Shown in pieces: positions 51,090-63,014 of a stretch of 64,000 bases of DNA. The stretch comes from Ruditapes philippinarum. Taxonomy: Eukaryota. The number at the start of each line of letters is the position of its first letter. Position 1 is the first letter of the stretch. Under the pieces are notes generated by a model. That model saw only the letters and a list, made by a program, of their open reading frames with translations, did no database searches and was not told the DNA's origin. The position numbers and the translations under genes are program-made. The DNA is taken from contig NW_026853242.1 of the NCBI RefSeq assembly GCF_026571515.1, positions 124,001 through 188,000 on the forward strand. The letters run 5' to 3'.

Positions 51090-54000
51090 GGGGGGGGGAA
51101 GAAAAAGAGTTTGTTTTGAGCTAGCTTTTGTTTTTTAATTTGAATATTTTCGTTATATATGAAATTGACCTGAAAGGAAGATGTACATATATTGGTTTCT
51201 TTCATATTGCTATGGAAAGACTTCGTCACATTATTGTTAGATACAAATCATTGGGTAAAACAATAATTTACAAGGTATGTCTTGCAAAGAAACTTTGTTT
51301 GAGCTTGAATGATGGGAAAAGGCAAGAATGTGCGAGGGTACCAAAAAACAGATAAACATGTGATGAAGTCTAAGATATAGCAAATGCTTTTAAAGTACAT
51401 TTTCAATTATAACACGTCTGATTAAAAATGGATATTGTGACATGTTAAAAAATATGTTGGCTTTCACAGCCAGGGTTTTAAAAAAACGTACAAATCACCA
51501 CAAAAAAACACTGTCTGACACGACTACTTATATAATATCATAGGTATCCAGAAAAGCTAAATTGCTCGAGAGAGGTCTTCTTCAAATAGTGATGAATTGC
51601 CACCGAATATAGGGTAAGTACGACAACCCCGAGACGCACTGGAGCCAAGAGAGAATTACAAGCCTGTGAGAAAAAATGTGTTTGGGGATATAGTAGAGTA
51701 ACAGAGTTCTTCATCAAAACTTGACCTAATTTTAGATCCAGACATTTTGCACATTCTTATATTTATATCTTCGCAAGTTGAGTATAAGTACAAGAGAATC
51801 TATATAATTGGTATTAATTGAAGGGGGAAAGAGTCTTCTTAATACTTGATCATATATTTTATTTAAAAAATATGATTGTTTAGCAAATAAAATGATTATC
51901 AGTGTCAGAAAGTCATTGCTGTAATTTCACAAGTATATTAACCTTTTGCTAGTTTTCCCAACTAGTGCTGCATAATTTTGTTTTCTCTCAATATTTTATG
52001 TCGGAATTAAATGTGATGTTATATTTTAAATTATTCTATACCTATTATATGTAAAAAAAATGCCAGAATTCTTTATACCATGTGACTTTACAAATTAATT
52101 CTAGTATTTCTATGCAGGGGCATAAAGTATTCTTTATTTTTCTATGTATTTGTATTAAAAAAGAGTCGTACAGAAACTTTATGATTCATACACATGTGGA
52201 CAAGTTAGAAATGGGCCTGTTAATTGGAACTATTAAGTCATTAACATGCCCTTGTTAACCATGATAGTAAAGGATTATTAATTTATAAATGTTAATTGAA
52301 TACATGAAATACGTATAGAATAGTATTATTAGAGTATTATTTAACAGGATTCTGTACAATACAGGGATTTACATGTATAAGGGTGTGTACTCAGCTGAAA
52401 AAAGCACTTGCCCGGTGATACATTAGTATGTCACATGTCCATGTTGGTATACATCAAAATACAGGCCATTTTTTTCCTTGTATCATTATTAATTTCTGGT
52501 AAATGGAGGCATTCCAAATGCAAAACAAAAATTGTCAATCTGTATTAATGTTGTTGAATTTCTTTGAAAGCATATTTTCAAGAGAGAATCAAGTAGAATT
52601 ATTTATTCATAGTAAAATAAATAAAAATAATAATATGAATGCAATGCCTATAGAAAGCACCTGTTCTTGTATCCATTATATGTTTAGCAGTTATTGTAAA
52701 ATTCCCAATTTGGACAATTTTACTATGCATTTTTCCCAATTCCGTAGATGTAATGTTGTTTGCATTCCAAAAATGGTGAAACCATGGCAGAAAATGTAAC
52801 CCTGTTTTGTACAGATACACTGTTAAATACCCTGATGAAATTTCTTTGTAAAATATAAAAAGACAGTGTTTGCAATGTGTATGAATAAATGGTATTAATT
52901 GATAAATATATAATGCTACGTGTACATACACTTTAGAGAAAGAAAACACAATTAGGACAGGGTATAGATGTTCTATTCTTTCTATCACTCATGATTGATG
53001 TAAAATAAGTTCTGATATCATTAAATAAATATGTAATAATTAATTTTACTGCTTGATATATTGTTGAAAAATTACTATGAGCCAGATTCCTCATGATTGC
53101 TACAGAAAATGACAGAGTACGGTCATAAGTTGTCTACTTCACAACTTTCCAGGAGAACTGGATAGCAATATCTCTGCTTCTTTTTGTATTAAACCACCAG
53201 TCTGTAAAAGTTGGTAAAGCCACTAAAGGAAATCCTTAAAAACTTTGTATAGAGCAAGTATACATGCACTCCTCGGTTGCAGAAAAAAATACATTGAAAT
53301 TATATTGGTTTTAATTTTTAAGAAGTCATTATTTGAGCAAGAAATACAGGGCCATTTTGCTGTGTGCTTTTTAAAATAAACTTGGCATGTATTTGATTGA
53401 TATATGAAATAATTGCTCTTTATTCTGTGTACTAAAGTCCTCATATGTTTAAAGTTAAACAGATATTTGCATTTCTTTTTGCTTGTACATTAATGATAAT
53501 AAATACAAAGGAACCAAAAGCACTTAAACAGCAAGCAGTGTTCGTTTATTTTCAGCAAGTAAAAGAACGAGACAGGTCAAGCTCATCTGATCACGATCTG
53601 CGTGAAATGTCGACTGAGTGGATCACTAGTTCGGACAACTCTTCAGTGCGAAGCGTTCCGGTTTTGCTCTCTTCACTTATTCGCATGCACACCACCTGCA
53701 AATCTTTCACCACCGGCTTCAACCGAGTCATCAGCCAGGTCCACGCATAAAGCGGGCGAGAGCCCACCAGAGCCGGACAGAGAGAGACGAGGAAGATAAA
53801 TCAACCACTGCAGTTATTGATAGACAGGTAATTTAACTCTTCTATATTGTCAGTAGCTGGTGACTAGCAATCAAAGTTAGAATAAACTTATCTTCATGTT
53901 TATGGTAATAGAATGCATTTTTCAAACCTGTACATGTACTGATACTAATTTGAGAACTGTCCCTGAAATATACATTATTTTAAATTATGAAGATCTTAAA

Positions 54001-57000
54001 GCCTGGAATTTTTTGGAAAAGAAAATATCAAATTGATGTTGTAACATAACGCTACCTCTCTGTGTTCTCATCAAGATCCTCCAAGTGACTGCTGATGATG
54101 TAAAATTAGATGTTCAAATTTCTACTTTCAGTTATTTAAATATGTATGGTTCCTTTTTAGATACTCGGTGAACATTATTTACGTGCAGATCTTCAATATC
54201 TTTCACTATATTAAATCTTTGAAACACAGCATAGTAAAAGTTTGCATAACAAATACTACATGTATATTGAAATAATCATTATTGATGAAGGGTTAGGGTT
54301 TTCAAAGTCTAATGTTAAGAACATACTTCATAGATATTTTCTTCCTTCAACAGGATCAAGATAAAAAAGAAGAAGGCTCTGGTAAGCTTTCAGATGAGAA
54401 GAAGAGGCCGAGGTCAAAGGATAGAAAACGCTCAAGGTCTAGGGATAGGAAAAGGTCACATAGGTCAAAGGTATGTTCAAGACTTGTTCATAAAACATTT
54501 TTAAGTTTCCACATATATTTTTGGTAAACTTTTGTAAAATTGTCTAAATGCGTTTGACAGCTGACAATTTTTAGTACTGACTTTTACTTTTTGTCATACT
54601 AGAAAACATTTCTCAAAGCCTGTATGATAACTTTATACTTGTATTTCATTACTCTTCGCTTAAATGAGGAAGCTATCAAGCTAGCTTTCTGAACGTGGGT
54701 GGTTCTATTCAGGCACCCATTCTTGCCTGAAATAATGCTGGGGAAGAGCACATGAGGTCTTCCTCCACCAGTAAAGCTGGAATGTTGCCATATGACCTAT
54801 ACTGTGTCGTTGTGACGTAAAAACCCAATTAAACAAACAAACTTGGCTTAAATTATGTAGCTAAGTGATTGGTATACAGTCAATATGATAATTGTCTGAT
54901 CTAAAATGTTTCGCTTTTCTAGCATAATTTTTTAGTTTGTACTTATGTGTGTTGAAACGGCATTAGAATTTGGGGCACTTGCAGCCAAATGGTTAAGGCC
55001 TTTGACTTTCAACCAGTTACTCCTCACAACTGTGGGTTCTGACCCGACAAAGATTCTTTCTTGTGAAGATACTAACCAGACTAGTTTAGGAAACGTCAAT
55101 GGGTCTACTCAAGGTGCCTGTTTGTGCATGTAATAATACACGAAGAGTTATTATACACCTCAAGTCTTCCTCCATAAGTATAACAGGAAAGTAGACATAT
55201 GACCCTATAAATAGAAAATAATTAGAATTTTCTGATAAGCTTGTATTCTTAAGACTATTAAACAAACAGTAACCAGAAATTTTATTTTTTTGTAAAAAAT
55301 ATATAAACATGTGTTTCATCCATTATACACAATTTCTGTACTTTAATTTTCAGCATGATCACAGTTCCAAGTCTAAACGCAGACGAAGCAGATCACGTTC
55401 ATCAAAAGACAGAAAGCGAAGACGGTCTCGTGACCACCACAGGCACAAGGACAAAAAGTCTCGAGACAGAAAATCAAGTAGAGACGAGAAAAGAAGTAAA
55501 AGCAGGGAACGGAAAGACAGTAAGAGTGAAAATAGAAAGTCAGAAGTACGTGAGCATAAAGATAGTACTAGTGAAAAAAAAATAACCGAAACTCAGTCAT
55601 CTACAGACGTAAAGTCTGATATAAAAGACAATAAAGATAGTAAGAGTGAAGGACACAGAAAACGAAGTCGAAGTAGAGACAGGAAAGATAAGAAGAAAGA
55701 TCGTAGAAGAAGTAGATCTCGTCACCGACATAGAAGCAGGAGTAGAGACAGACGTAGCAGGGATAGAAAAAAAAGTAGAAGTAAAGAGAGAAAGAGAAGC
55801 AGAAGTAAAGATAGAAAAAGGAAACACAGAAGTAGGAGCCGAGACCGTAGAAGTAGAAGTCGACATAGAAGCAGGGAAAGACATTCTAGGTAACTATATA
55901 ATTTATGGCTTGCTAGCAATGAACATTGTATTATCAGTTATTTTAAGAAGTACATTAGTGACATTACCAGGGGTTTTATTTTAACTTTGTCTATGTTTAT
56001 CCCTATGCAACTTGCCAAATGTGTATTACTTACGGTTGTTTCATTTACATGATATTCTACATGCCTACAGAAATAGACAATCCATATGTCGGCAAATATA
56101 ATAAAAGCATTGTGCAAGATATGGATAAAATAAAAACAAAAACAGTACAATACAATATCATTCTTACTGACTAATCCATTTTTGATAGCTTAATATTGTG
56201 TCATAATTATTTTAGTTTTTACCATATTATGGAAAATTTGAAGTAAAATACTCCTGATGTGAAAGTACAGAATTTATAAATTTTGGGGAAGAAAATGTGA
56301 AAGCAGCCAGTAAGCTCAGGCTGAAGATCTGATTAATGTTATTTCAAGGGTCCTGGTCAGGCTGAATGTTATTTCAAGGGTCCTGGTCAGGCTGAATGTT
56401 ATTTCAAGGGTCCTGGTCAGGCTGAATGTTATTTCAAGGGTCCTGGTCAGGCTGAATGTTATTTCAAGGGTCCTGGTCAGGCTGAATGTTATTTCAAGGG
56501 TCCTGATCAGGCTGAATGTTATTTCAAGGGTCCTGATCAGGCTGAATGTTATTTCAAGGGTCCTGGTCAGGCTGAATGTTATTTCAAGGGTCCTGATCAG
56601 GCTGAATGTTGTTTCAAGGGTCCTGATCAGGCTGAATGTTATTTCAAGGGTCCTGGTCAGGCTGAATGTTATTTCAAGGGTCCTGGTCAGGCTGTGTATC
56701 TTTCTAACCTTTGTCACATTGTGAAATAGAATGACACATTTATAAGATGTATTTGTTTTGTTACAGAAGTAGAAGTCGGGAGAGATTGAGGAGTCGTAGT
56801 CCTGTGATGGGCAGAAAACTAACTTTTAAGGAACAGATGAGGAAAGAATTTATTAATGCCAGCAAGGAAATGAGTAATCAGGAACATAAAGGTTTGTAAT
56901 TAACTGTTGTTAATAATTTTTGGATGGATTATGGACAAATTTTTCTAGTTTATATTCATAACTTTCTAGTCTTGATTCATGTAGCTAATTGCTACTGGTG

Positions 57001-59279
57001 TTATAAAGGAATTATAGTAAGGAACTATGGTTGTGACCCTATTAGGGCTCAAACCTATGATCCCTGGATAGAGAGGCAGACACATTAACCATTCTGCCAC
57101 TGCTAATAAACTTAAAACATTGGGGATGGGTTAATTATAAGGATTTTTGTTATTTTATTTATTATTTAACAATTTAATATTTTACTATTAAGTAAAGGTA
57201 TTTTTGAAAATTATAAATGTATTGTTCTATTTACAACATTTGAGAAGTTAAAAGTGGAGTATATGTTAATTCTATGATAAAAGTTTTTCTTTAGCTTAGG
57301 AAAGTCACTCCTAGTCAGTGATTCTAGAATGCATGCTTAGGCTTTCTCTCTTTACATATGCGTATGTAAAACCCAGTTAGTTGCAGAAATGATTATCCAT
57401 TTAAGTGTTGCAGATTAATATATGTGTGTAAATTAAAGATTTTCAGTGTATTTGTATTGTGGTAAAATTGAGCCTATCACGACAAAACCAACATAGTGCG
57501 TTTGCGACCAGCATGGATCCAGACCAGCCTGCCCATCCGCTCAGTCTGATCAGGATCCATGCTGTTGGCTTACCAACTCTATTACAAGTGAAGAAACTGA
57601 AAGCAAACAGCATGGATCTTGATCAGACTGCGCAGATGCGCAGGCTGGTCTGGATCCATGCTGGTCGCAAACGCACTATGTTGGTTTTGTCATGACACGG
57701 CTCAATTAACTTTACATCAGTTATAGATAGCCACACATCTTTATTTCATGCCATGATTATAAGTAAATTAATGTATGTATTTTACAGTAGTGTCCGACCT
57801 TGATGCATTAAGAAAGCCTGGGGAGGCTTTGAGACCATCAGATCTATTGAAGGGAGTCAAACTCAACAGTGGAGAGTCTGTAACACCACAGATGGCACTT
57901 ATCCAGACTATGGCAGCTATGCATAAAAAGGTAAATAATGTAAACATTTGACTGCCTGTTTTCAGGTAGTGTACTGTATAATCTATTGATAACATGTTAT
58001 AAAGTTATCCCCTAGTCAAGAATTCTAACAACTTATTTGGGGCCTTCATGGCCAAGTGGTCAAGGTCACTGACTTCAAACCACTTGCCCCTCACAGCTGT
58101 TGGTTCGAGTCCAGTCAGTGACTTTGAATTCTTTTTTGTGAGGAAGCTATCCAGCTAGCTTATGGAAGGTTGATGGTTCTATCCAGGTGCCTGTTTGTGT
58201 CTGAAATAATGCATGGGAGGGCACCTGAGGTGGACCTTTACTGTGTTGGTGCGATGTAAAACCCAACCAAAACAAAACAACAACAACAAAAAAAATCAAT
58301 AGTAAAGTAGGGACATATAAAGATATGATATTTTGTATAGAAGTAACAAATCATCAGTGAATTTATTATGTATTTTTTCTTCACTCAGGCTCAGGAGTTG
58401 ACTGGGGTTGAGGTGCCGAAGTACTATAACCCAGCAGCTGTTAATCCACTTAAATATGCCGAACAAGTCCAAAAGAGGAAGCTTTTATGGTCAAAGAAGA
58501 CAGATGAAAACCAAAAGGAGAAAAATGTAATATTGTTTCTATTTGATTAAACATTATAAGATATTTCTGTCAACTTATTTTAATACCATGTTTTTCTTGT
58601 GTTGTTAAAAAAAAATGTAAGTGAAATTGAAATACTGTTTGTTTAAGTTAATGATTAAAGATCTAACACCAATTTGGGAATTATAATATTATTTAAATAC
58701 ACAATTGTTACATTATGATCTGGAGGGGGAACATTTTGGGCTAAAAAATTTATGTGTACTATTGAAGCTTTCAAGCGATGTTAAGGGGGGTGGGGTAAAA
58801 GGTTTAACATTAATGCTTGATCAAGTCTGATCCATGAACATTCCATTGAAATCTGTTACTAGAGTTATAGTAAGATACTTTGGCATTAGTCCCCACGCTC
58901 AACTTCTGTCACCCCCATCGCATACAAAAAAAAGAATATGTTAATATATAGGTAATGTTTATATAATTATCATATATTACAGGATCATATGGAGACGCAG
59001 TGGAAATCCGCTTTTGTTTCTACAGAAGATAATAAAACAGCGTCAAAATTCCGTAAACTTATGGGTATGAAGGGAGGCGAAGGTCAATCATCAGCGGAGG
59101 AACTGCCGGAGGACTTACAGAAACTGTCGGAGGAACAGCAACGGAAGCAGGCGGAATTGTTTCAGAGACTTGATCAGGACTATCAGTTTGCGCGTATGAC
59201 GACCCACACGCAGCGTGGTGTCGGTCTCGGCTTTTCAACAACAATCATCGATCCAAATCATCCGCAAAATCCACCCTGA
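45879..59279 (+). CDS. RSRC2: Arginine/serine-rich coiled-coil protein 2 (RSRC2), 589 aa, 9 constitutive coding exons
   Basis: Exons 45879-45953, 50021-50249, 50709-50818, 54354-54470, 55354-55889, 56767-56891, 57788-57930, 58389-58526, 58983-59279; GT-AG, phases consistent, 1770 nt. RS domain, then the RSRC2-typical VPKYYNPAAVNPLKYAEQVQKRKLLW and SMAP-domain KFRKLMG...LDQDYQFARMTTHTQRGVGLGF. Confidence 0.95.
46438..47145. mobile_element. Non-autonomous TIR transposon with 8-bp TSD and repeated subterminal motifs (Merlin/MULE-like, unresolved)
   Basis: TIR core GGACTTTACACCTCCTGGA, TSD GAACAAAT (46430-46437, 47146-47153), tandem GGTGAAACGTCC(AGGAGGTGTAAAG) units. Confidence 0.8.
47808..49890. 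mobile_element. PIF/Harbinger-type MITE (copy 2) split by a HINE insertion
   Basis: Same TIRs as 1602-1936, TAA TSD (47805-47807, 49891-49893). Removing the insert leaves about 337 bp. Confidence 0.9.
47885..49630 (+). mobile_element. HINE with eight ~161-bp satellite units
   Basis: Same ends and 3' unique region as 20733-22033. Units at 47968, 48129, 48289, 48450, 48611, 48771, 48932, 49093. Confidence 0.92.
53556..53827 (+). other. RSRC2: Candidate poison (PTC) cassette exon of RSRC2
   Basis: Acceptor TTCGTTTATTTTCAG, donor CAG|GTAATT, roughly 50% GC in an AT-rich intron. In-frame TAA at 53748-53750, 77 nt before the donor. Flanking exons join in frame without it. Confidence 0.7.
54665..55215 (+). 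mobile_element. Two SINE family A copies (54665-54842 5'-truncated; ~54970-55215 diverged)
   Basis: GAGGAAGCTATC.AGCTAGCTT, GGTTCTA.TCAGG, GAGGTCTTCCTCCACCAGTAAAGCTGG, ATATGACCTATA, (AAAC)n tail. Confidence 0.8.
56335..56694. repeat. 30-bp minisatellite x12 (AATGTTATTTCAAGGGTCCTGGTCAGGCTG), intronic
   Basis: Near-perfect array with only G/A variants. Confidence 0.98.
57470..57703. mobile_element. Long-TIR foldback MITE, GAG...CTC ends, AATT TSD (Sola-like)
   Basis: ~95-bp inverted arms, AATT at 57466-57469 and 57704-57707. Confidence 0.85.
58039..58290 (+). mobile_element. SINE family A, near full length
   Basis: A-box TGGCCAAGTGG, B-box GGTTCGAGTCC, conserved body, (AAC/AAAAC)n tail. Confidence 0.88.
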
Positions 59280-59369
59280 AATTGCCAGTGAAATGTTTTT
59301 GTTTTTGAGATATATATATGATACATATGTGAGATATTATTTCAGACTATCAGATATGATGCCATACAT

Positions 59370-59790
59370 TGTGATATATCATTTAAGACATTACGAGATA
59401 ATCATACAACACATTACGAGATATCATACAACACATTACGAGATATTAATATCTCATACATTATGAGATAACATAAAACATTATGATATATCATACAAGA
59501 CATTATGAGATATTATCTCAGATATTTTGAGATAACATAAAAACATTATGATATATAAGACATTATGAGATATATAATAAGCTAACATACATTATGAGAT
59601 AACATAAAAGATGTAATGAGATATCATGTCGGACATTTTGAGATATCATCAGAAATTGTGTCGGACATTTTGAGATATGATACAAGACATTATGAGATAT
59701 TATCTCAGTGAATAAGATATTATGTCAGACATGAGATATCTTACAACACAATATGAGATCATGTCAGGTATTATCAGACATTATCAGATA
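59370..59790. repeat. Degenerate ACATTATGAGATATCATA-type repeat in the RSRC2 3' UTR region
   Basis: Many imperfect CATTATGAGATA units just after the stop codon. Confidence 0.8.
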
Positions 59791-61204
59791 TTTTACTACA
59801 CATTTGATTTATGATAGATGTAACATTTTGGGGTATAATGCTATTGGCCTTTATGTATCACTTTGTAGATAAGTTACGAAGCTGAACTTCATGGTCAAAT
59901 CACACCACATTTGTAATAAGATGCCATATATTAACAGTATTTTTATGTTCATAATTCATTTTGTCATGATTAGTTGGTATTGTGTGCTCAATTAAATTTC
60001 AATTAAGTTGTTGCTGTGTAAAAAGTTTCAGTACAATCTGGAAATAAATTGTTGTTGACTGGTAGGTTGTATACACAAGATTAACTTTATAACTAACAAA
60101 CATAATATAATTAATATTATATGTTATATTTGACAGGGAAAATGTTTGATTACCATGTAGATAGATATTAAGACAGTTTTTCAAAGTTTTAGAATTTCCT
60201 TGCTGCTGTTGTGATAACCTGTCTTTGATTTGGAGAACTTTCAATTATAAAAAGCAGGGATATAAAAATAATACTAAAATTGAGCAGAATAAGGTCTGTT
60301 GATCTCATAGGCTAGAACAGATACTTGGCTGTTGGCATGGTGTTGCTTGTAAAAGCTTTGCCTGTAAAAATTTGAAATAGAAAATAGACTTGGTCGGGAC
60401 TTATATTTATGTACATAAGGATGTTTCCTTTTTTGCAATTACTTCAATTGTTGAGCCATTGCAGTAAGTTTTTCATCTATTTCATTACAATTTATGATTT
60501 GCTCTCTTAAAGTAATTGGTATAATTATTGCAGAAATGTTTTCATGATTTAAGACTGACATCCAGTATATATTGGATGTAAACACTTCTTAATTTGTTAG
60601 TATGTTTATCTTTAATTTTGTTGTAACTTGGTAAATATTAATGAGTTATGATTGTTTTTCTTTGTTTTTGCACATTACATGAATTGACACTTTTTTTAAG
60701 TTCTTGTTTTTAAAGTTTTTGTTTTTTTGTCCAAGAATATCGATTGAGGATATAATTCTTAAGATGTTGTCTTCAGTGATATTTTTTACCTTGGTGTAAA
60801 ACATTAACAAGAAAAAATTTACTATGTACGTATTTGTATTAGGTCAGTTATAATCATCTATGGCGTGAATTGTTACGGACATTTTACATTTTATGTGCAT
60901 ATTTTTTATTTTTCATTTCAGTTTGGTCCACATTTTGAGCAGCTATACAACTGCATAGTTATTTATTGCTGTTGTGATAATGAATTTGTACAAAGAAGTC
61001 CTGAATTGTAAATATATAAAACCTAATTTTACTGCAATGAAGCATAATTATGTGCTATTTGTAAAAATTCTGTTAGAAGGGTTTGAAACAGAAATAAAAA
61101 AAGTTCAAACAGAGAATTGTTGTCATCTTGTCATTGGTTTATACAGAATTTATTTTAGTTCAATTATGTAGGAAGCTATAAGCTTATAGACACACTTTCT
61201 AAAT

Positions 61205-61352
61205 TTGTTCCTGGAACCAACCAGTAATGAACAATGTGTGTAAAGTTTCTTGCTCAAGGAAACAATGTCTTGCCCCTGATGAGGTTTGAACCCATTCTGC
61301 TAGCAATTGTTAGATAACTAGTCCAACATGTTAACCACTCAGCCATGCTGTC
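61205..61352 (-). mobile_element. CORE-like SINE (family D)
   Basis: On - strand: TGGCTGAGTGG A-box, GGTTCAAACC B-box, TTTCCTTGAGCAAGAAACTTTAC, TACTGGTTGGTTCCAGGAAC. Confidence 0.7.
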
Positions 61353-62204
61353 ACTGTCCACTTCCTACTATTTTCTGGCCATATTACAGGTTTAGTGGTT
61401 CCATTCAGTCACGGATTTATATTACACGGATTTATATTACATTGTAATATAAATCCGTGATTCAGCTTAACAATGCCTGAGAGGGTCACATGATATACTT
61501 TTCTACTAGTTATATTTGAAATCACAAGTTGGGCTGAACGTGTTGGTATTATTAAAAAATACAACAGATACCTTGACAGGAGGCTGCGTTGTATACTGTA
61601 TGGAATAGGAAATTGTCAGATATTGACCATTACCTTGATGTTGTTTTTTTTCTTGGAGTATTGTTCTTGCAACATATTCATTTGTACCTCACATTGCATC
61701 TTCTAATTCACAATTCCATACAGTAAAATAATGTAAAAAGAATACAGTACATGAATTGGTACTGATATTTAATCCGACTATAGAAAATAAGCAACACTAA
61801 AGATGTACAGGCATATGATTAGAGTATTATTTTGCCTGAAATACTTTGCTAATTTTTTTTTTTTAATTTGTCAAGAAAATATTTAGCAGCCTAAACCTAA
61901 ATCTATTCTCACACATAGCCAGAAATAATGAAGGCGGTGCAGATGTTTACATCTCCTGAACGAATAATCCATATAAACATACCACAGCTGTCAAAACATA
62001 AAAATGCTGACAAATCATAAATCCCTTACATAATTTACTGGACGATAAATTGTTAAAATGTAGCTTTACCTATATCCCATACAATTTTAATTAAAAATGA
62101 ATGACATGTCTGTAGAAATGTGTAAAAATAGACGTGTCTCGTTTTAGTGTGACAATTTTTTTTATCTATTTTTAGCAATTACATTTGTCTTGCACCACTA
62201 CTGA

Positions 62205-62920
62205 TAGTCCTATAAATATGACGTCGCTTTGAGATATTTTGGCTTCTGGGCAAAGCAACGTCATATCGAAATTGCTCAAAAACCCATAGCATGTTCCGCC
62301 AGAAAATCGGGCGGAACGAAAAACAATGAAGACAGCGTGTATTTACATAATTTTTGACCTATTTATGAACAAAACTAAAAAATAAATACCTTTTGTCAAA
62401 ATAATTAAACTGTCACATCCGAAAAATCATGATTAAATCCTCTTATGTATTTCAATTCCTTTTACAGCCGATAAACAAATGGCGGCCGTAAAGTGCGCGA
62501 AATCTGATTGGCTAATTCAAATGCAAGCGTTTAACTGAGTCAGAACAATCTAACGGAATATTTTTTTAACGAAATAATTGCCCATGCACCGTCAGTGTGT
62601 TCGAATATATTTTTCCGTTCAAAAATTTGGAATCAATCTGTAAAGCACCTTGCTTAACCAGTATGGCTGATAGACAAAAATAGATTGATGTTTATATTTT
62701 ATTTTAAATTGATAAGTACATCGTTTGAAAGTTTTTGCGTATGATTGAGCATGAAATTGAAAGAAAATATGATAAGCTTTTGAATAAAGCTTGAAAGGCA
62801 AGACAATAGACATTTTTGGAATTTTTTATGATGCTATGCGTTTTTGAGCAATAACTATTAGACGTCAGGCTTGACCGACAAAAACTATAACAAGCCTGTA
62901 ACGTCTAATATATTGGACTA
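62205..62920. mobile_element. Non-autonomous DNA transposon with TAGT...ACTA ends and 9-bp TSD (intact copy)
   Basis: Imperfect ~20-bp TIR TAGTCC(T/A)ATA(A/T)AT..GACGT, perfect TSD CACTACTGA (62196-62204, 62921-62929). Confidence 0.92.
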
Positions 62921-63014
62921 CACTACTGAAAACAATGTACAATTCACTTATTTGTGACTGTGTCAGCAAGGAAACACATTAGTGACTTTATTTTAAGAGT
63001 GGTAAAACACTGTG

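Noticed and set aside
55355-55984. Alternate-frame and antisense ORFs over the RS exon (likewise 31011-31547, 31132-31434, 27664-27966)
   Set aside because: Shadows of low-complexity coding sequence.
56316-56717. 133-aa minus-strand ORF (TRTLEITFSL)n
   Set aside because: Translation of the 30-bp intronic minisatellite.
58039-58115. tRNA genes at SINE heads (also near 24088, 39900, 57050, 61300, 63560)
   Set aside because: A/B boxes are present but I see no intact cloverleaf, and most continue into a SINE body.
61276-61300. Hammerhead ribozyme core CTGATGAG
   Set aside because: Lies in a SINE head on the opposite strand, with no matching GAAA and stems. My by-eye scan of other CTGANGA sites found none either, though it was not exhaustive.
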